From Candidatus Heimdallarchaeota archaeon (GTDB taxonomy: Archaea; Asgardarchaeota; Heimdallarchaeia; Hodarchaeales; Hodarchaeaceae): a stretch of 29,634 nucleotides of DNA. The notes under the pieces are model-generated. The model made no database searches, was not told the origin of the DNA, and worked only from the letters and a program-made list of their open reading frames with translations. Positions 17,888 through 27,651 of the stretch are shown here, one piece after another. The stretch spans positions 616,631 to 646,264 of the forward strand of contig RDOB01000002.1 in the NCBI GenBank assembly GCA_011364965.1, given 5' to 3'. Numbering within the stretch: position 1 is the stretch's first letter; every line of letters begins with the position of its first letter. A program made the translations under genes and the position numbers.

Positions 17888-18673
17888 CTAATCCGATATT
17901 TCGTGATCTTGAAGAATTCCCTCTGCAACATCGGACATTCGACTAAAAATAACATTTTTTGTTTTCATGTGTTTGATAAGATCTTCTAATACATTCAATC
18001 TATAAGCATGACCGATAGCTGCTGGATGATTTGTTAAACAAAATACTCGACGATTAAGAGGAATATCATCATCGTTTGAAAATGCGTCAAATTGTGATTT
18101 CCAGATTTCTAAAACTGAGGAAGGTGAATGTTGGTATGTTTCAAAAACTTGCCAATCATCCAAATACCATTCAACAGGAAATTCAACTAATTTTTTTGAA
18201 TCTGGTAGGGTAAGAATATATGGACGATCATCATTAAATAAACTGGAATCATAAATGTATCCCGCTTTTGCTATTAATTCCAAAGTATTAGGAGAAAGTC
18301 TCCAATATGGTGCTCTGAATCCCTTAACTTTGTCAACAAACTTCTCTAATGGCCTCGTCATTCTCTCAATTACTATTTCTTCTTCAAAAACAGATAATTT
18401 ATCCATATATTCATGCAAATACCCATGAGCTGCTAGTTCATGTCCCTCTTCGATGATTTTTTCAACCGAATTTGGATACTGTTCTACTACCCATCCACAT
18501 GTGAAGAATGTTGCTTTGATATCATATTTCCTAAGCAGAGTAAGAATTCGTGGCATTCCTCTTCGTACAGCAAATTGACCTTTGGATATTCTTCCTTGTT
18601 CTTCCAATTGGCGAATCTGTACACTTTCAGCATCAAAATCGAATGTTAAACAGGCATATAATTGATTAGTCAA
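17888..18673 (-). CDS. CE4 polysaccharide-deacetylase-fold amidohydrolase (HP0310/PuuE-like)
   Basis: TFDFD, ATFF, HELAAHGYLHE, GFRAP, YDSS, LDDW and NHP; no signal peptide; TTG start with SD GAGG. Confidence 0.9.
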   Translation of the reverse strand: MTNQLYACLTFDFDAESVQIRQLEEQGRISKGQFAVRRGMPRILTLLRKYDIKATFFTCGWVVEQYPNSVEKIIEEGHELAAHGYLHEYMDKLSVFEEEIVIERMTRPLEKFVDKVKGFRAPYWRLSPNTLELIAKAGYIYDSSLFNDDRPYILTLPDSKKLVEFPVEWYLDDWQVFETYQHSPSSVLEIWKSQFDAFSNDDDIPLNRRVFCLTNHPAAIGHAYRLNVLEDLIKHMKTKNVIFSRMSDVAEGILQDHEISD

Positions 18674-18686
18674 ACGTATTCCTCTT

Positions 18687-19610
18687 TTATATCCTTAATA
18701 ATGGTAATGTCATACAATGAGGGCCCCCTCCGCCTCTAGATAGTTCACTTCCTTTAATTGGAATTACCTCAACTGATTGGTCTCGTAATTCATGTATTAT
18801 TCGTTCATTCCATTCATAAATAACACATTTTCTTCTTTCAAGGCAAAATATGTTTGCTCCAAATAGATATAACTCATTATCTGTTATTTTTATGTTTCTT
18901 GCCTCATATTTTTCATTTAGAAACTCCAATAAAGTCATTAGTTCTATAGGTTCATTTTTTCGTAAAATTCGGGCCGGATAGGTAGAGATCGAGGCAGGAT
19001 GGTAAACAAAAAGGTCTTTATCTAGAAACATTATTCCTCCATCGAGATGAATTCGCCATGAGGGAAGAGGAACTAAAACCACAGTATGTACAAGTTCCTT
19101 CTCAAGTAATATTTTACTTACTTTTTTGGCACTTCGTTCAGTTGTTCTTGTACCATATCCAATGAGTAATGTATTATCATCAGGAAAGACAAGATCCCCT
19201 CCTTCTACCACGTCAGGAGATTCAATTTCCATTAATTTAGGGATTTTAAGTTTTTGGAGAGCATAAGAGATTAATAATGGTTCGATTGATCTCACATTAT
19301 GTTTCATATTCATTTGGATATATCCCCCTTTGGTTACGGCACAAATATCACGTACATAAGTCAAATTTGGATTAATAACTGCTATTTCTTTTTCTGTGAG
19401 CAAATCATTCAAAAAAATGACTTTAATTCCATTTTCAAGTAATGTTCTGGAAAAATTATCATGCTCTTCTTGAAATCGCTTCCAGAATACAACATCCCTA
19501 AAAGAAAATTCCTTAAAAGAATTAACTGTAATTTTTTTGCATTCTTCTCCAGGACGGTACATTAAGACTTTTTTTAGCGAGTTATATTCACAATGAGCAC
19601 CAAATTCCAT
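18687..19610 (-). CDS. Short-form arginine deiminase/amidinotransferase (pentein) family protein
   Basis: NLTYVRD, EGGD, GTRT, HLD and [13 protein letters not shown]; the Cys-His-acid triad is intact. At 307 aa it is too short to carry the helical clip domain of long ADIs. Confidence 0.88.
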   Translation of the reverse strand: MEFGAHCEYNSLKKVLMYRPGEECKKITVNSFKEFSFRDVVFWKRFQEEHDNFSRTLLENGIKVIFLNDLLTEKEIAVINPNLTYVRDICAVTKGGYIQMNMKHNVRSIEPLLISYALQKLKIPKLMEIESPDVVEGGDLVFPDDNTLLIGYGTRTTERSAKKVSKILLEKELVHTVVLVPLPSWRIHLDGGIMFLDKDLFVYHPASISTYPARILRKNEPIELMTLLEFLNEKYEARNIKITDNELYLFGANIFCLERRKCVIYEWNERIIHELRDQSVEVIPIKGSELSRGGGGPHCMTLPLLRI

Positions 19611-19659
19611 TTAAATCAGCGTACCATGAATTTTTATTCAAGAACACCTATTAACCAGA

Positions 19660-20463
19660 TTAAAACATGGTTAGCAGTTCTTTGGGTAATCTAAGGAATC
19701 CAGCGAAAATCAGAGCGAAGGAAATATTCATCATGTTCGTCCAAATATAATGAATGTACATTACATCGCTAAAATACCAAAAAACCCAACCTGAGAATGA
19801 GATAGCTAAGATAATAAAACCAAGTGCAATAATAAATGGAGAGGATAGATCTGAATTCTTTCCCAAATTATACCAATAAAGTGCATAAATCAATACTATG
19901 GGAATAACTATTAAAAAGAAGAATCCATACATCCCAAAAATGTCTTCTAAGATTAATAATGATATTATAAACCCTATTTCTCCTAAAACCAGGATCAAAA
20001 GTGCTGGAATATATACTAAATTTGATTCAAACCTTTTAATTTTACCTAGACCAACCCAAAAGCAAGCTAACCAGATAATTATTGGAGAATACCAAAAGAT
20101 GTAACTTAAAGGGTCTGAGGTATTAAAAGAAATGAATCCTAAAGCTTCCAAACTTAAACCCAGGTATAAAAGAGAGAAAATTAGAAATGAGATACCCCAA
20201 ATAATGAGATAGTCTGGTTTACCTTTCAATGGTTTAGTTTTACTAAAATAGCGATATAAAAGAAATCCACCAATTAAAAGCAGAAGAATGAATGCTGTTA
20301 CTGCCACTGCAAATTGACCATAAGTGTTCATTAAATTTGTTATTGGGAATCCTTTTGGTTTGATTAATGTTATAGCAATTAGAATCAGATAAGTAACTGC
20401 TATTAATATGGAATTTTTTTCATTTTTCTTTAGATAATTAATTGTGACATCCTTGATATTCAT
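19660..20463 (-). CDS. Multi-pass (7-8 TM) membrane protein of unknown function
   Basis: Hydrophobic throughout; SD GGAGG; first gene of the minus-strand run ending at ygeY. Confidence 0.8.
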   Translation of the reverse strand: MNIKDVTINYLKKNEKNSILIAVTYLILIAITLIKPKGFPITNLMNTYGQFAVAVTAFILLLLIGGFLLYRYFSKTKPLKGKPDYLIIWGISFLIFSLLYLGLSLEALGFISFNTSDPLSYIFWYSPIIIWLACFWVGLGKIKRFESNLVYIPALLILVLGEIGFIISLLILEDIFGMYGFFFLIVIPIVLIYALYWYNLGKNSDLSSPFIIALGFIILAISFSGWVFWYFSDVMYIHYIWTNMMNISFALIFAGFLRLPKELLTMF

Positions 20464-20614
20464 ACAAACCGATCCTCCATTTCTTATGTTATAGTAAGCA
20501 GTTTAAAAGGTTTTAGAAGGATTTTGAATCGTACTATATTATAATAGCTCTAATAGTTTTGGGATCTTCAACTTTATGGTTTTATTGTCTTATCTCTTTA
20601 AATAATCTATTAGA

Positions 20615-21208
20615 TTAAATATTGTCCAGGTTATGCATTTTAATAATTTTATTAATTTTTGTTCTTATTCCTGCAGTTATTTCTTCCTGCCACGTTTTCA
20701 ATAGTGATACTATTGCGCCTTGAGATTCTATCCGCTTCAAACCTAATTGGTGCTCAGTCATATTCCGAGAAAAAGTGAGATCAGACAATAAAACAACACG
20801 ATAACCATTATCTAAAAGATCGATAGCTGTTTGCATAATACAAACATCAGTTTCTAATCCACAAAGAATAACAACTCTTTTTTGATGTTTTTTAATTTCA
20901 TCTTGAATATCTTTTTGACCCCAACAAGAATAAATAAATTTATCAAATATCTTTACTTTATATTCTAAAATTCTTAGAATTTCTTCATGAACCGTGCCGT
21001 TTTCTTGAATGTTTTCAGCAGTAATTATTATTGGTATATCTAAGACCTGAGAAATCCTTATAAGATGTTTCATTTTATTTAGGAATATTTCAGAATTTTC
21101 ATCTTTTAATCCCTTCATGAAGCAGATTTGGACATCAATAATTAATATGCAACAGTCCTCTTTGTTTATCAATGCTGATGACCGAGAAATTGGTTCCATT
21201 ACTTCCAT
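20615..21208 (-). CDS. Isochorismatase-family cysteine hydrolase
   Basis: LIIDVQ, FDKFIYSC and CGLETDVCI supply the Asp-Lys-Cys triad; SD GAGGTG. Confidence 0.92.
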   Translation of the reverse strand: MEVMEPISRSSALINKEDCCILIIDVQICFMKGLKDENSEIFLNKMKHLIRISQVLDIPIIITAENIQENGTVHEEILRILEYKVKIFDKFIYSCWGQKDIQDEIKKHQKRVVILCGLETDVCIMQTAIDLLDNGYRVVLLSDLTFSRNMTEHQLGLKRIESQGAIVSLLKTWQEEITAGIRTKINKIIKMHNLDNI

Positions 21209-21505
21209 ACAAATAACACCTCTTTAAAATTTTAAGAAAATAATCCTCTTTATAATTGGTTTATAGAAGAAATAATTTATTATAACACACTTTCTATTGA
21301 ATTTGGAAAATTCCTTAAAACTTTCCAAAATTTGTCATTTATTAGTATTAAAATAATTGGACAAAATTTCAGAGTAAGTAAAGGTTGCTTAAAGTCTCAA
21401 AATCGTTATTGGAATCTCAATACTATGATTTAACGGAAATAAGATCACGCAATCTAATATAAATATATGTTAAAACCAAATTTTTGAATATAAATTAGGT
21501 AGGTT

Positions 21506-22792
21506 TTGTTAATGAACACTAATCACTCTGGTTTTTATAATTCAAATTTAGTATGTCCTAAGTGCCACAAAACAGTAAAAGAAGAAGATTTTATTTTAAA
21601 TCAATGTGCCTGTAATTTTCGGCTAAGAATAAACTTTGATTATGAAAGATTGAGTGAATCACTTTCAAAATCTGATTTAATGAGACGTCCATTTAATCAC
21701 GAAAAATATATTGAATTTTACCCTTTAAAGAATAGCAAAAACCTTATAAATTTAGGTGCTGGTGGAACTCCTTTATTTCGTGCTGAACGCTTGGCAAAGA
21801 AAATTGGAATGAAAAATTTATTTCTCAAAATTGAAATAGGTAATCCATCTGGAAGTTTTAAAGATCGTCCGATATCGATTGGCGTATCAAAAGCTAAAGA
21901 ATTAGGTACAGAGACATTAACTGCTGCATCTTCTGGTAATGCTGCTGCTGCTTTAGCAACCTATGGAGCTCGTGCAGGTAAAGAAGTGGTGGTTTTTGTA
22001 CCAGAAGCTGCTCCCCAAGGAAAGATAGCTCAACTTTCATTCTTGGGTGCTAAAGTCATTCGTGTCTCTATAGTAGAAGAAGGCATAGATCCAACCGTAA
22101 CACTGTTTAAGGCTGCTTATAAAGAATACGGTTGGACCCCATGCCCATCATTTGGTCCTTTCAATCCTTTCCAAGCTATAGGGACAAAAAGCCTTGGTTT
22201 CGAGATTGCAGAGCAATTCAACTGGGAATCACCAGATTGGATATTATGCAATACAGGTAGTGGAGGATTATTATGGGGGACTTACAAAGGATTTGATGAG
22301 TTTAAGCAACTCGATTATATCAACGCAATTCCTAAAATGGTAGCTGTTCAACCAGAGGAATGCTCACCGATTGTGGAAGCAGCAAAAAGAAACATTCCTC
22401 CACTCGAATTCATAGATTGGACTAAGACTCCTAATACTGTAGCTGGCGGGTTAGCAGATCCTCACCCCTGGGATGCTGATTCCGCTTTAGAGGCTATCTA
22501 TGAAAGTAAAGGAACAGGTATTGCAGTAAATGAAGTAGACATTATCCGAACTCAAAGATGGTTGGCAAAATACGAGGGAATTTTTGGAGAGCCATCAGGT
22601 ACTGCTGCCATTGCTGGATTAGAACTGTTATACGAAAACGGAACGATTGATGCGAGTGATCAAATTGTAATCCCCATTACAGGAACTGGTTTTAAGGATC
22701 CAGAAATTGTTTTGAAGTCATTGAAGGTATTTAGTCCAATTAAACCTGATTTAAGCCAATTGCAATCTTTATTGAAAGAAATGTCAAACTAA
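21506..22792 (+). CDS. thrC: Threonine synthase-like fold-type II PLP enzyme
   Basis: N-terminal CxxC...CxC, GxGGTPL, NPSGSFKDR, SSGNAAAA, EGIFGEPS and ITGTGFKD. Alternative start ATG 21512. The NPxR motif reads NPFQ. Confidence 0.8.
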   Translation: MLMNTNHSGFYNSNLVCPKCHKTVKEEDFILNQCACNFRLRINFDYERLSESLSKSDLMRRPFNHEKYIEFYPLKNSKNLINLGAGGTPLFRAERLAKKIGMKNLFLKIEIGNPSGSFKDRPISIGVSKAKELGTETLTAASSGNAAAALATYGARAGKEVVVFVPEAAPQGKIAQLSFLGAKVIRVSIVEEGIDPTVTLFKAAYKEYGWTPCPSFGPFNPFQAIGTKSLGFEIAEQFNWESPDWILCNTGSGGLLWGTYKGFDEFKQLDYINAIPKMVAVQPEECSPIVEAAKRNIPPLEFIDWTKTPNTVAGGLADPHPWDADSALEAIYESKGTGIAVNEVDIIRTQRWLAKYEGIFGEPSGTAAIAGLELLYENGTIDASDQIVIPITGTGFKDPEIVLKSLKVFSPIKPDLSQLQSLLKEMSN

Positions 22793-22845
22793 TATATACC
22801 ATACTTTAAAATATATCCCTCTGAGAAAAAAGGAGTTTTAAAAAA

Positions 22846-23661
22846 ATGCCTCGACCAATGTGGTTTGTAAATTTAATTAAGAAAGGGTTTCCCCACAGAT
22901 TCTTTTTTTCTAAATTTACTAAAGTTCCATTGATTGGGAGAATATTGGACTACATGATGTTTCATGAAGATGATATTATCTATCTTCCAAAAGATACGGC
23001 CATAAAGGTGAATCAACCAATTGAGAGGCATGGAGATATGATTCTTCCATCTGTTGTTGTAGATCATTTCATTGACGAAGCAAACTATCTCTGGGTGATG
23101 GATTGGTGTATTTGTAGATCCTCTTCTAAGTGTGATAGTTATCCTACAAATTTCGGTTGTCTTTTTCTTGGAGAAGCAGCAATTGATATTGACCCTCGCC
23201 TCGGACGTCAAGTGACCCGACAAGAAGCTCATGAACACGTTAAAAAATGTCGGGAGGCAGGATTGGTTCATTTAATTGGACGTAATAAACTAGATACAGT
23301 ATGGCTGAAGGTGGGGCCAAGTAAAAAATTACTTACAATATGTAACTGCTGTGAATGTTGTTGTTTATGGCGTATACTACCACATGTATCCCAAAAAATT
23401 TCAAATAAGGTAACCAAACTACCCGGTGTGTCTGTTCAAGTGGGAGAAGAATGTTTGCTTTGTGGAATCTGCACAGAAGGCATTTGCTTTGTTAACGCGG
23501 TAAGTTTAGGGGAAAACCGAGCAGAGATTAGTGATTTATGCCGAGGATGTGGTCGATGTGTCGAAGTATGCCCGCAGGGTGCAATTAGTCTGACTATTAA
23601 GGATCCTGAGAGCATACTTTCATCAATAAATAAAATAGAATCGCTTGTTGATATAACCTAA
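22846..23661 (+). CDS. 4Fe-4S ferredoxin-domain protein
   Basis: CICR...C...GC, ICNCCECCC, and C-terminal CLLCGICTEGIC and CRGCGRCVEVCP; SD AGGAG. Confidence 0.9.
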   Translation: MPRPMWFVNLIKKGFPHRFFFSKFTKVPLIGRILDYMMFHEDDIIYLPKDTAIKVNQPIERHGDMILPSVVVDHFIDEANYLWVMDWCICRSSSKCDSYPTNFGCLFLGEAAIDIDPRLGRQVTRQEAHEHVKKCREAGLVHLIGRNKLDTVWLKVGPSKKLLTICNCCECCCLWRILPHVSQKISNKVTKLPGVSVQVGEECLLCGICTEGICFVNAVSLGENRAEISDLCRGCGRCVEVCPQGAISLTIKDPESILSSINKIESLVDIT

Positions 23662-23672
23662 ATTTTGTGAAT

Positions 23673-24428
23673 CTAGATTCTATGTTTTACTACCTGCTCT
23701 GGATTATCTGTGATGATTCCATTCACTTGCTTTTCTATAGCTGATTTAATATAAGCAATATTTCCCTCTTCCATATAAATATTTATTAAAATCCCCTCTT
23801 TTTCAGCAAGTTTGAATAATCTATGAGCTCCAAATTTATGTAAATAAATAGTTAAGACTCGGGAATGTAAAATTTTCCAATTATTAGGAATAATATCGTA
23901 AAACGGATGAATCGCATCACAAGCTAATTTAGAGGCAACTTTCAATTGGTTGAAAGGAGAATGGCATAAGAGGGCTGTAGGTATAGATTTATTTATATTT
24001 TTGATTTCTTGGAGGATGACATGATGGAATGATGAAATAATTACATTATCTGGAATTAATTGAATGGAAAATTGGGTGAGTATATCATTTAATTCTCTTG
24101 CACAACCTCTTGGGGTTTTTATTTCTATATTCAATAAAGTTTTATTGCCAAATAATTCCAAAATTTGATCTAAACCTGGGATTGTAACTCCATTACTATC
24201 TAATTCAATATTAGTTAATTCTTTATAGCTTAAATCTTTAATATACTCTTTCTTACCTAACTGAAGTAGATCATAATCATGGAAGCAAATAAATTGTTTA
24301 TCTGCGGTTAAATGGACATCAAATTCAATGCCATCACATTGGTTATTAATTGCAGTTTTGAAAGCAGGAATTGAATTCTCTGGCTCATTATTTACTCGAT
24401 ATCCTCTATGAGCAATCGCTTTTGTCAT
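23673..24428 (-). CDS. Glycerophosphodiester phosphodiesterase (GDPD/UgpQ family)
   Basis: IAHRG, PENS, IEFDVH, FHD, NIEIK, ISSF and GIITDNP. Confidence 0.95.
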   Translation of the reverse strand: MTKAIAHRGYRVNNEPENSIPAFKTAINNQCDGIEFDVHLTADKQFICFHDYDLLQLGKKEYIKDLSYKELTNIELDSNGVTIPGLDQILELFGNKTLLNIEIKTPRGCARELNDILTQFSIQLIPDNVIISSFHHVILQEIKNINKSIPTALLCHSPFNQLKVASKLACDAIHPFYDIIPNNWKILHSRVLTIYLHKFGAHRLFKLAEKEGILINIYMEEGNIAYIKSAIEKQVNGIITDNPEQVVKHRI

Positions 24429-24478
24429 TAAGCTTTCCCCAAATAAGAAATTTTTTTAAGCTAGAGTGAATTCATATC

Positions 24479-24889
24479 CTACTGCCGTTCATCTTCATAA
24501 GATATTACTTGAGGAATTTCCACATTTAGAAGATCTAATTCTTTCTTGAATTTCTTTGAAAGTGGCCGAATTTCATTTTTTCGATATCGATATGTTATAT
24601 CTGCTTTATCTCCCTTTAGATCATCCCACGGTTCGACAAGAACAACATCATTTATACTAATTCGATAGCCTCGTCGGAATCTTCCAGGTATTCGTGCTGT
24701 TCGTTTGACTTGATCTGTACATAAAACTTCCATTCTTCTAGCACCAAGGTTTCTAATTACTACACCTATAACTTCATGAGAACCAGGGTATCTTGTTCTT
24801 CTAACCATATCACTAGTAGGAGATTCGCTTTGATTTTGTTCTTTCTTCGGAGTTTTTCGCTTTGTTTTCGCTTTTGGCAGTTTATTCAT
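24479..24889 (-). CDS. eif1a: Translation initiation factor aIF-1A
   Basis: OB-fold core GVV..NLG.RRMEV.C.D...R.ARIPGR...I...DVVLVEPW...KADI.YRY. Confidence 0.93.
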   Translation of the reverse strand: MNKLPKAKTKRKTPKKEQNQSESPTSDMVRRTRYPGSHEVIGVVIRNLGARRMEVLCTDQVKRTARIPGRFRRGYRISINDVVLVEPWDDLKGDKADITYRYRKNEIRPLSKKFKKELDLLNVEIPQVISYEDERQ

Positions 24890-25247
24890 GCTCCTAATTA
24901 TATAAATTATTCTGTTTGCAAGGGTTTTGTATTATTTTTCTACTTTCTTTGCGTTTTTATATTCTCAATCATCTACTGAGCTAAAGAATGGCATCATAAA
25001 CAGTAATCTAGTAATTTATATCAAACGGTCCAATGTTCTTTAAAAAAACATTAATTATACGTTATTCTTGATAATTACTGCTCATTTTTTCTCAATTTTT
25101 TGAGTTCAAAAAGCTTTGGGTTTTTTTGGGACAACATGGAGATTAAAGTTGAGAATGATATCTTCCTCATTCTTTTCAATGCTTCTTATTGTCTTAATGC
25201 AGAGAAAGGTCTATAAAAACTTCTTTTAATGATTTGAATGATAGTTT

Positions 25248-25853
25248 ATGGATTTATTTCCCTTTCAACAATTACCTCTATTTATTGTTGTCGATGGTCA
25301 AGATGGTTCAGGTAAGGATACCCAAGCTATAAATATAGCAAGATATTTTTTCAAAAAGGGGTCATTTTTGATTAATATTCGTAGCCATCCAGCACTAGAT
25401 AACGTTTATGGTCGGAAAACAAAACAAGCATTAGAACAAGGAGGAAGGAGAGGACACCTCATCGCTGCAATTTTTTATACTATTGATGTTATAAGATCAG
25501 TAGTAAAATATTATCGCCATGAACCAAGAATTCTCATTTTTTCGAGATATTTACTTGGAGTATGTTATTTACCAAATTCCTTAATATTCGCTGGGTACAA
25601 TCTATTTGAACGCGTTTTACCCACAAGTGGACTTTTTTTCTATTTGGAAGTTACTCCTGAGGTCGCAAAAGGACGCATTTCAGGTCGAGGAGGTAGGGAG
25701 GAAATGTTTGAAGAATTACCACGATTGCGGAAAATGCATAAAAAAATGCGTCGAATTACTAAAGTGAAAAACTGGATCATTATAGATGGGGATCTCGCCC
25801 CCGATGCAGTCTGGATACAAATAAAGAACGTATTAGACGAAAACTTTGGTTAA
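25248..25853 (+). CDS. tmk: Thymidylate kinase-like NMP kinase
   Basis: P-loop DGQDGSGKDT, SRY in place of the usual DRY, YLEVTPEVA..RI..R and IIDGD. Confidence 0.75.
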   Translation: MDLFPFQQLPLFIVVDGQDGSGKDTQAINIARYFFKKGSFLINIRSHPALDNVYGRKTKQALEQGGRRGHLIAAIFYTIDVIRSVVKYYRHEPRILIFSRYLLGVCYLPNSLIFAGYNLFERVLPTSGLFFYLEVTPEVAKGRISGRGGREEMFEELPRLRKMHKKMRRITKVKNWIIIDGDLAPDAVWIQIKNVLDENFG

Positions 25854-25868
25854 ACGGAGAAGAACAAA

Positions 25869-27197
25869 TTGAATGAAACTACCTCTGAAATCACAGATTC
25901 TAAATTCCTTCGACTTCCTCATGTTTTTCTAGGGCTTTCGTCGTTCCAGATGCTTGCAATGTTTCGTCGGGGTCTTTTTTATACATATTTGTCTATTTAT
26001 TTGAGATATTTTTTGAATATGAGCGTAACAGAAACCACTCTTTTTGCAACATTACCAATGATCCTAAATGTATTATTCCAAATGCTAGTTTGGGGCGTAA
26101 TCTCAGATAAATTACAGTTGAGAAGAACTTTAGTGGTGATTGGAGAACTTCTGGCTGGAATTGGTACTTTGATGGTATTTTTTATACATCGATTCGTTGA
26201 TATTTCCCTTGCTGGGTGGATTATAATTCTTGGTTTGAGTGGAGTTGAAATCTTTTGGTCAATGTCAAATTCTGGATGGACATCATTACTCTCCGATTTA
26301 TATCCATATGAACAAAGAAATGCCATTCAAGGTAAATTATCTAGCTTTGGAGGACTTGGGAGAATTGGAGGTGTATTACTTGGTGGATTACTTTATAATG
26401 GATTGGAGTTAAAATACGAAGGCTGGGGGTTTTATGAGGGTAGTTTATTTATTGTTGCTGGATTGGTGATGTTTATATCCATAATTCCTATGTTAATGCT
26501 TCCCGAGGGTGGAGTTAAGTTAAACCAAGAAGATTATGAACCACTTTCTTCAGAAGAAGTTTCTCAAATCAATACTCCATATAAGACATCTTTATCTACA
26601 TTTCTCATTTTTATTACAGTAATGGTTTTTCTAAACTTTGGTAGAAATAGTATAGCAATTATACTTCCTCAATACCTGTATTTAGAATCAGGATTTGGAA
26701 TATCCAGTGAACTCCTATCATATGTTACTAATACACAATCTATAGCTATTATATTGATGGGTTTAATGGTTGGTTATATTGGAAGAATGCTTGGGGTAGA
26801 TAGGACACTGATAATAGGATCTATCCTTTCAATTCTTGCCTTAGTCCTTATCGTTTTTGCAAATAATTTGATAATTATTTTTCTTGGAAATTTTATAAGA
26901 GGATTAGCAGACGTTATTGTTTCTACAACGTCTTATGCGTTTGTATCCCGATTAATAGCTGCAAAACAGCGGGCACGGTTGTTTGGAGTTTATAATGCTA
27001 CATTCTTTTTATCATGGGGATTATCTGGAACTCTTATTTCGGGGCCAATTACGGATTACCTTATATCTATTGGAACTTCAGAAGCCCTATCTTATCAAAT
27101 GGCGTTTTTAGCTGCATCTTTCCTAATCTGTATCGGTTTGGGTCTTTTTCTTGGGCTTTTAATTAAACAAAGACAAAATCCCATTGATGAAAACTAA
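25869..27197 (+). CDS. MFS transporter
   Basis: 12 TM helices with motif A (WGVISDKLQLRR; GYIGRMLG) and R...QG / RARLFG; TTG start with SD GGAG. Confidence 0.93.
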   Translation: MNETTSEITDSKFLRLPHVFLGLSSFQMLAMFRRGLFYTYLSIYLRYFLNMSVTETTLFATLPMILNVLFQMLVWGVISDKLQLRRTLVVIGELLAGIGTLMVFFIHRFVDISLAGWIIILGLSGVEIFWSMSNSGWTSLLSDLYPYEQRNAIQGKLSSFGGLGRIGGVLLGGLLYNGLELKYEGWGFYEGSLFIVAGLVMFISIIPMLMLPEGGVKLNQEDYEPLSSEEVSQINTPYKTSLSTFLIFITVMVFLNFGRNSIAIILPQYLYLESGFGISSELLSYVTNTQSIAIILMGLMVGYIGRMLGVDRTLIIGSILSILALVLIVFANNLIIIFLGNFIRGLADVIVSTTSYAFVSRLIAAKQRARLFGVYNATFFLSWGLSGTLISGPITDYLISIGTSEALSYQMAFLAASFLICIGLGLFLGLLIKQRQNPIDEN

Positions 27198-27266
27198 TAT
27201 ACTGCGCCATATATTATCCCTATCTTCTCATGGTTTTTGTAAATTCATCGAAATGATAGCTTAGAT

Positions 27267-27626
27267 ATGCTAAGAATCATTCCTCAGTTGAATACTGATC
27301 AACTACAAGATTTATTTGTATTCACGCCTGGCCAGAGACTCCATTTTACCGTTCAATTTGAGTATGACAATGTTCCAGATCAATATCAAATTAAAGTTAT
27401 TGATCAACAGCAAAATGCTCGTTTGGTTAGTTACGGAAAAGGTTCGAATGAAGTTGTAATAGATTGGTTAATACCAGAGAATTTACTTGAAAAGCATTTA
27501 GGTATCTGGGAATTACAAGTTACTATTGGATCGCATACTGAACGAATGTTCTTTTTAGTTCAACGTGTCAAAGAAAAACCTTTTGCGAATCAGAAGGAGG
27601 ATGCGATAACCTTTTCTTCACCTTAA
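27267..27626 (+). CDS. Stand-alone Ig/MG2-like beta-sandwich domain protein, paralogous to the N-terminus of the next gene
   Basis: FTPGQRL...PDQYQIKVID...YGKGSNE...WLIPEN...HLGIW, matching the N-terminal domain of 27652-28989. Confidence 0.75.
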   Translation: MLRIIPQLNTDQLQDLFVFTPGQRLHFTVQFEYDNVPDQYQIKVIDQQQNARLVSYGKGSNEVVIDWLIPENLLEKHLGIWELQVTIGSHTERMFFLVQRVKEKPFANQKEDAITFSSP

Positions 27627-27651
27627 ATAATTGTGATTTCGGTCTATAACC

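Noticed and set aside
19660-20463. Microbial rhodopsin
   Set aside because: No DxxxK/SxxxK retinal-binding motif in the last helix.
18440-24979. ORFs 18440-18649, 19898-20104, 22873-23271 and 24776-24979
   Set aside because: Antisense to, or overlapping, recognised genes and lacking motifs.
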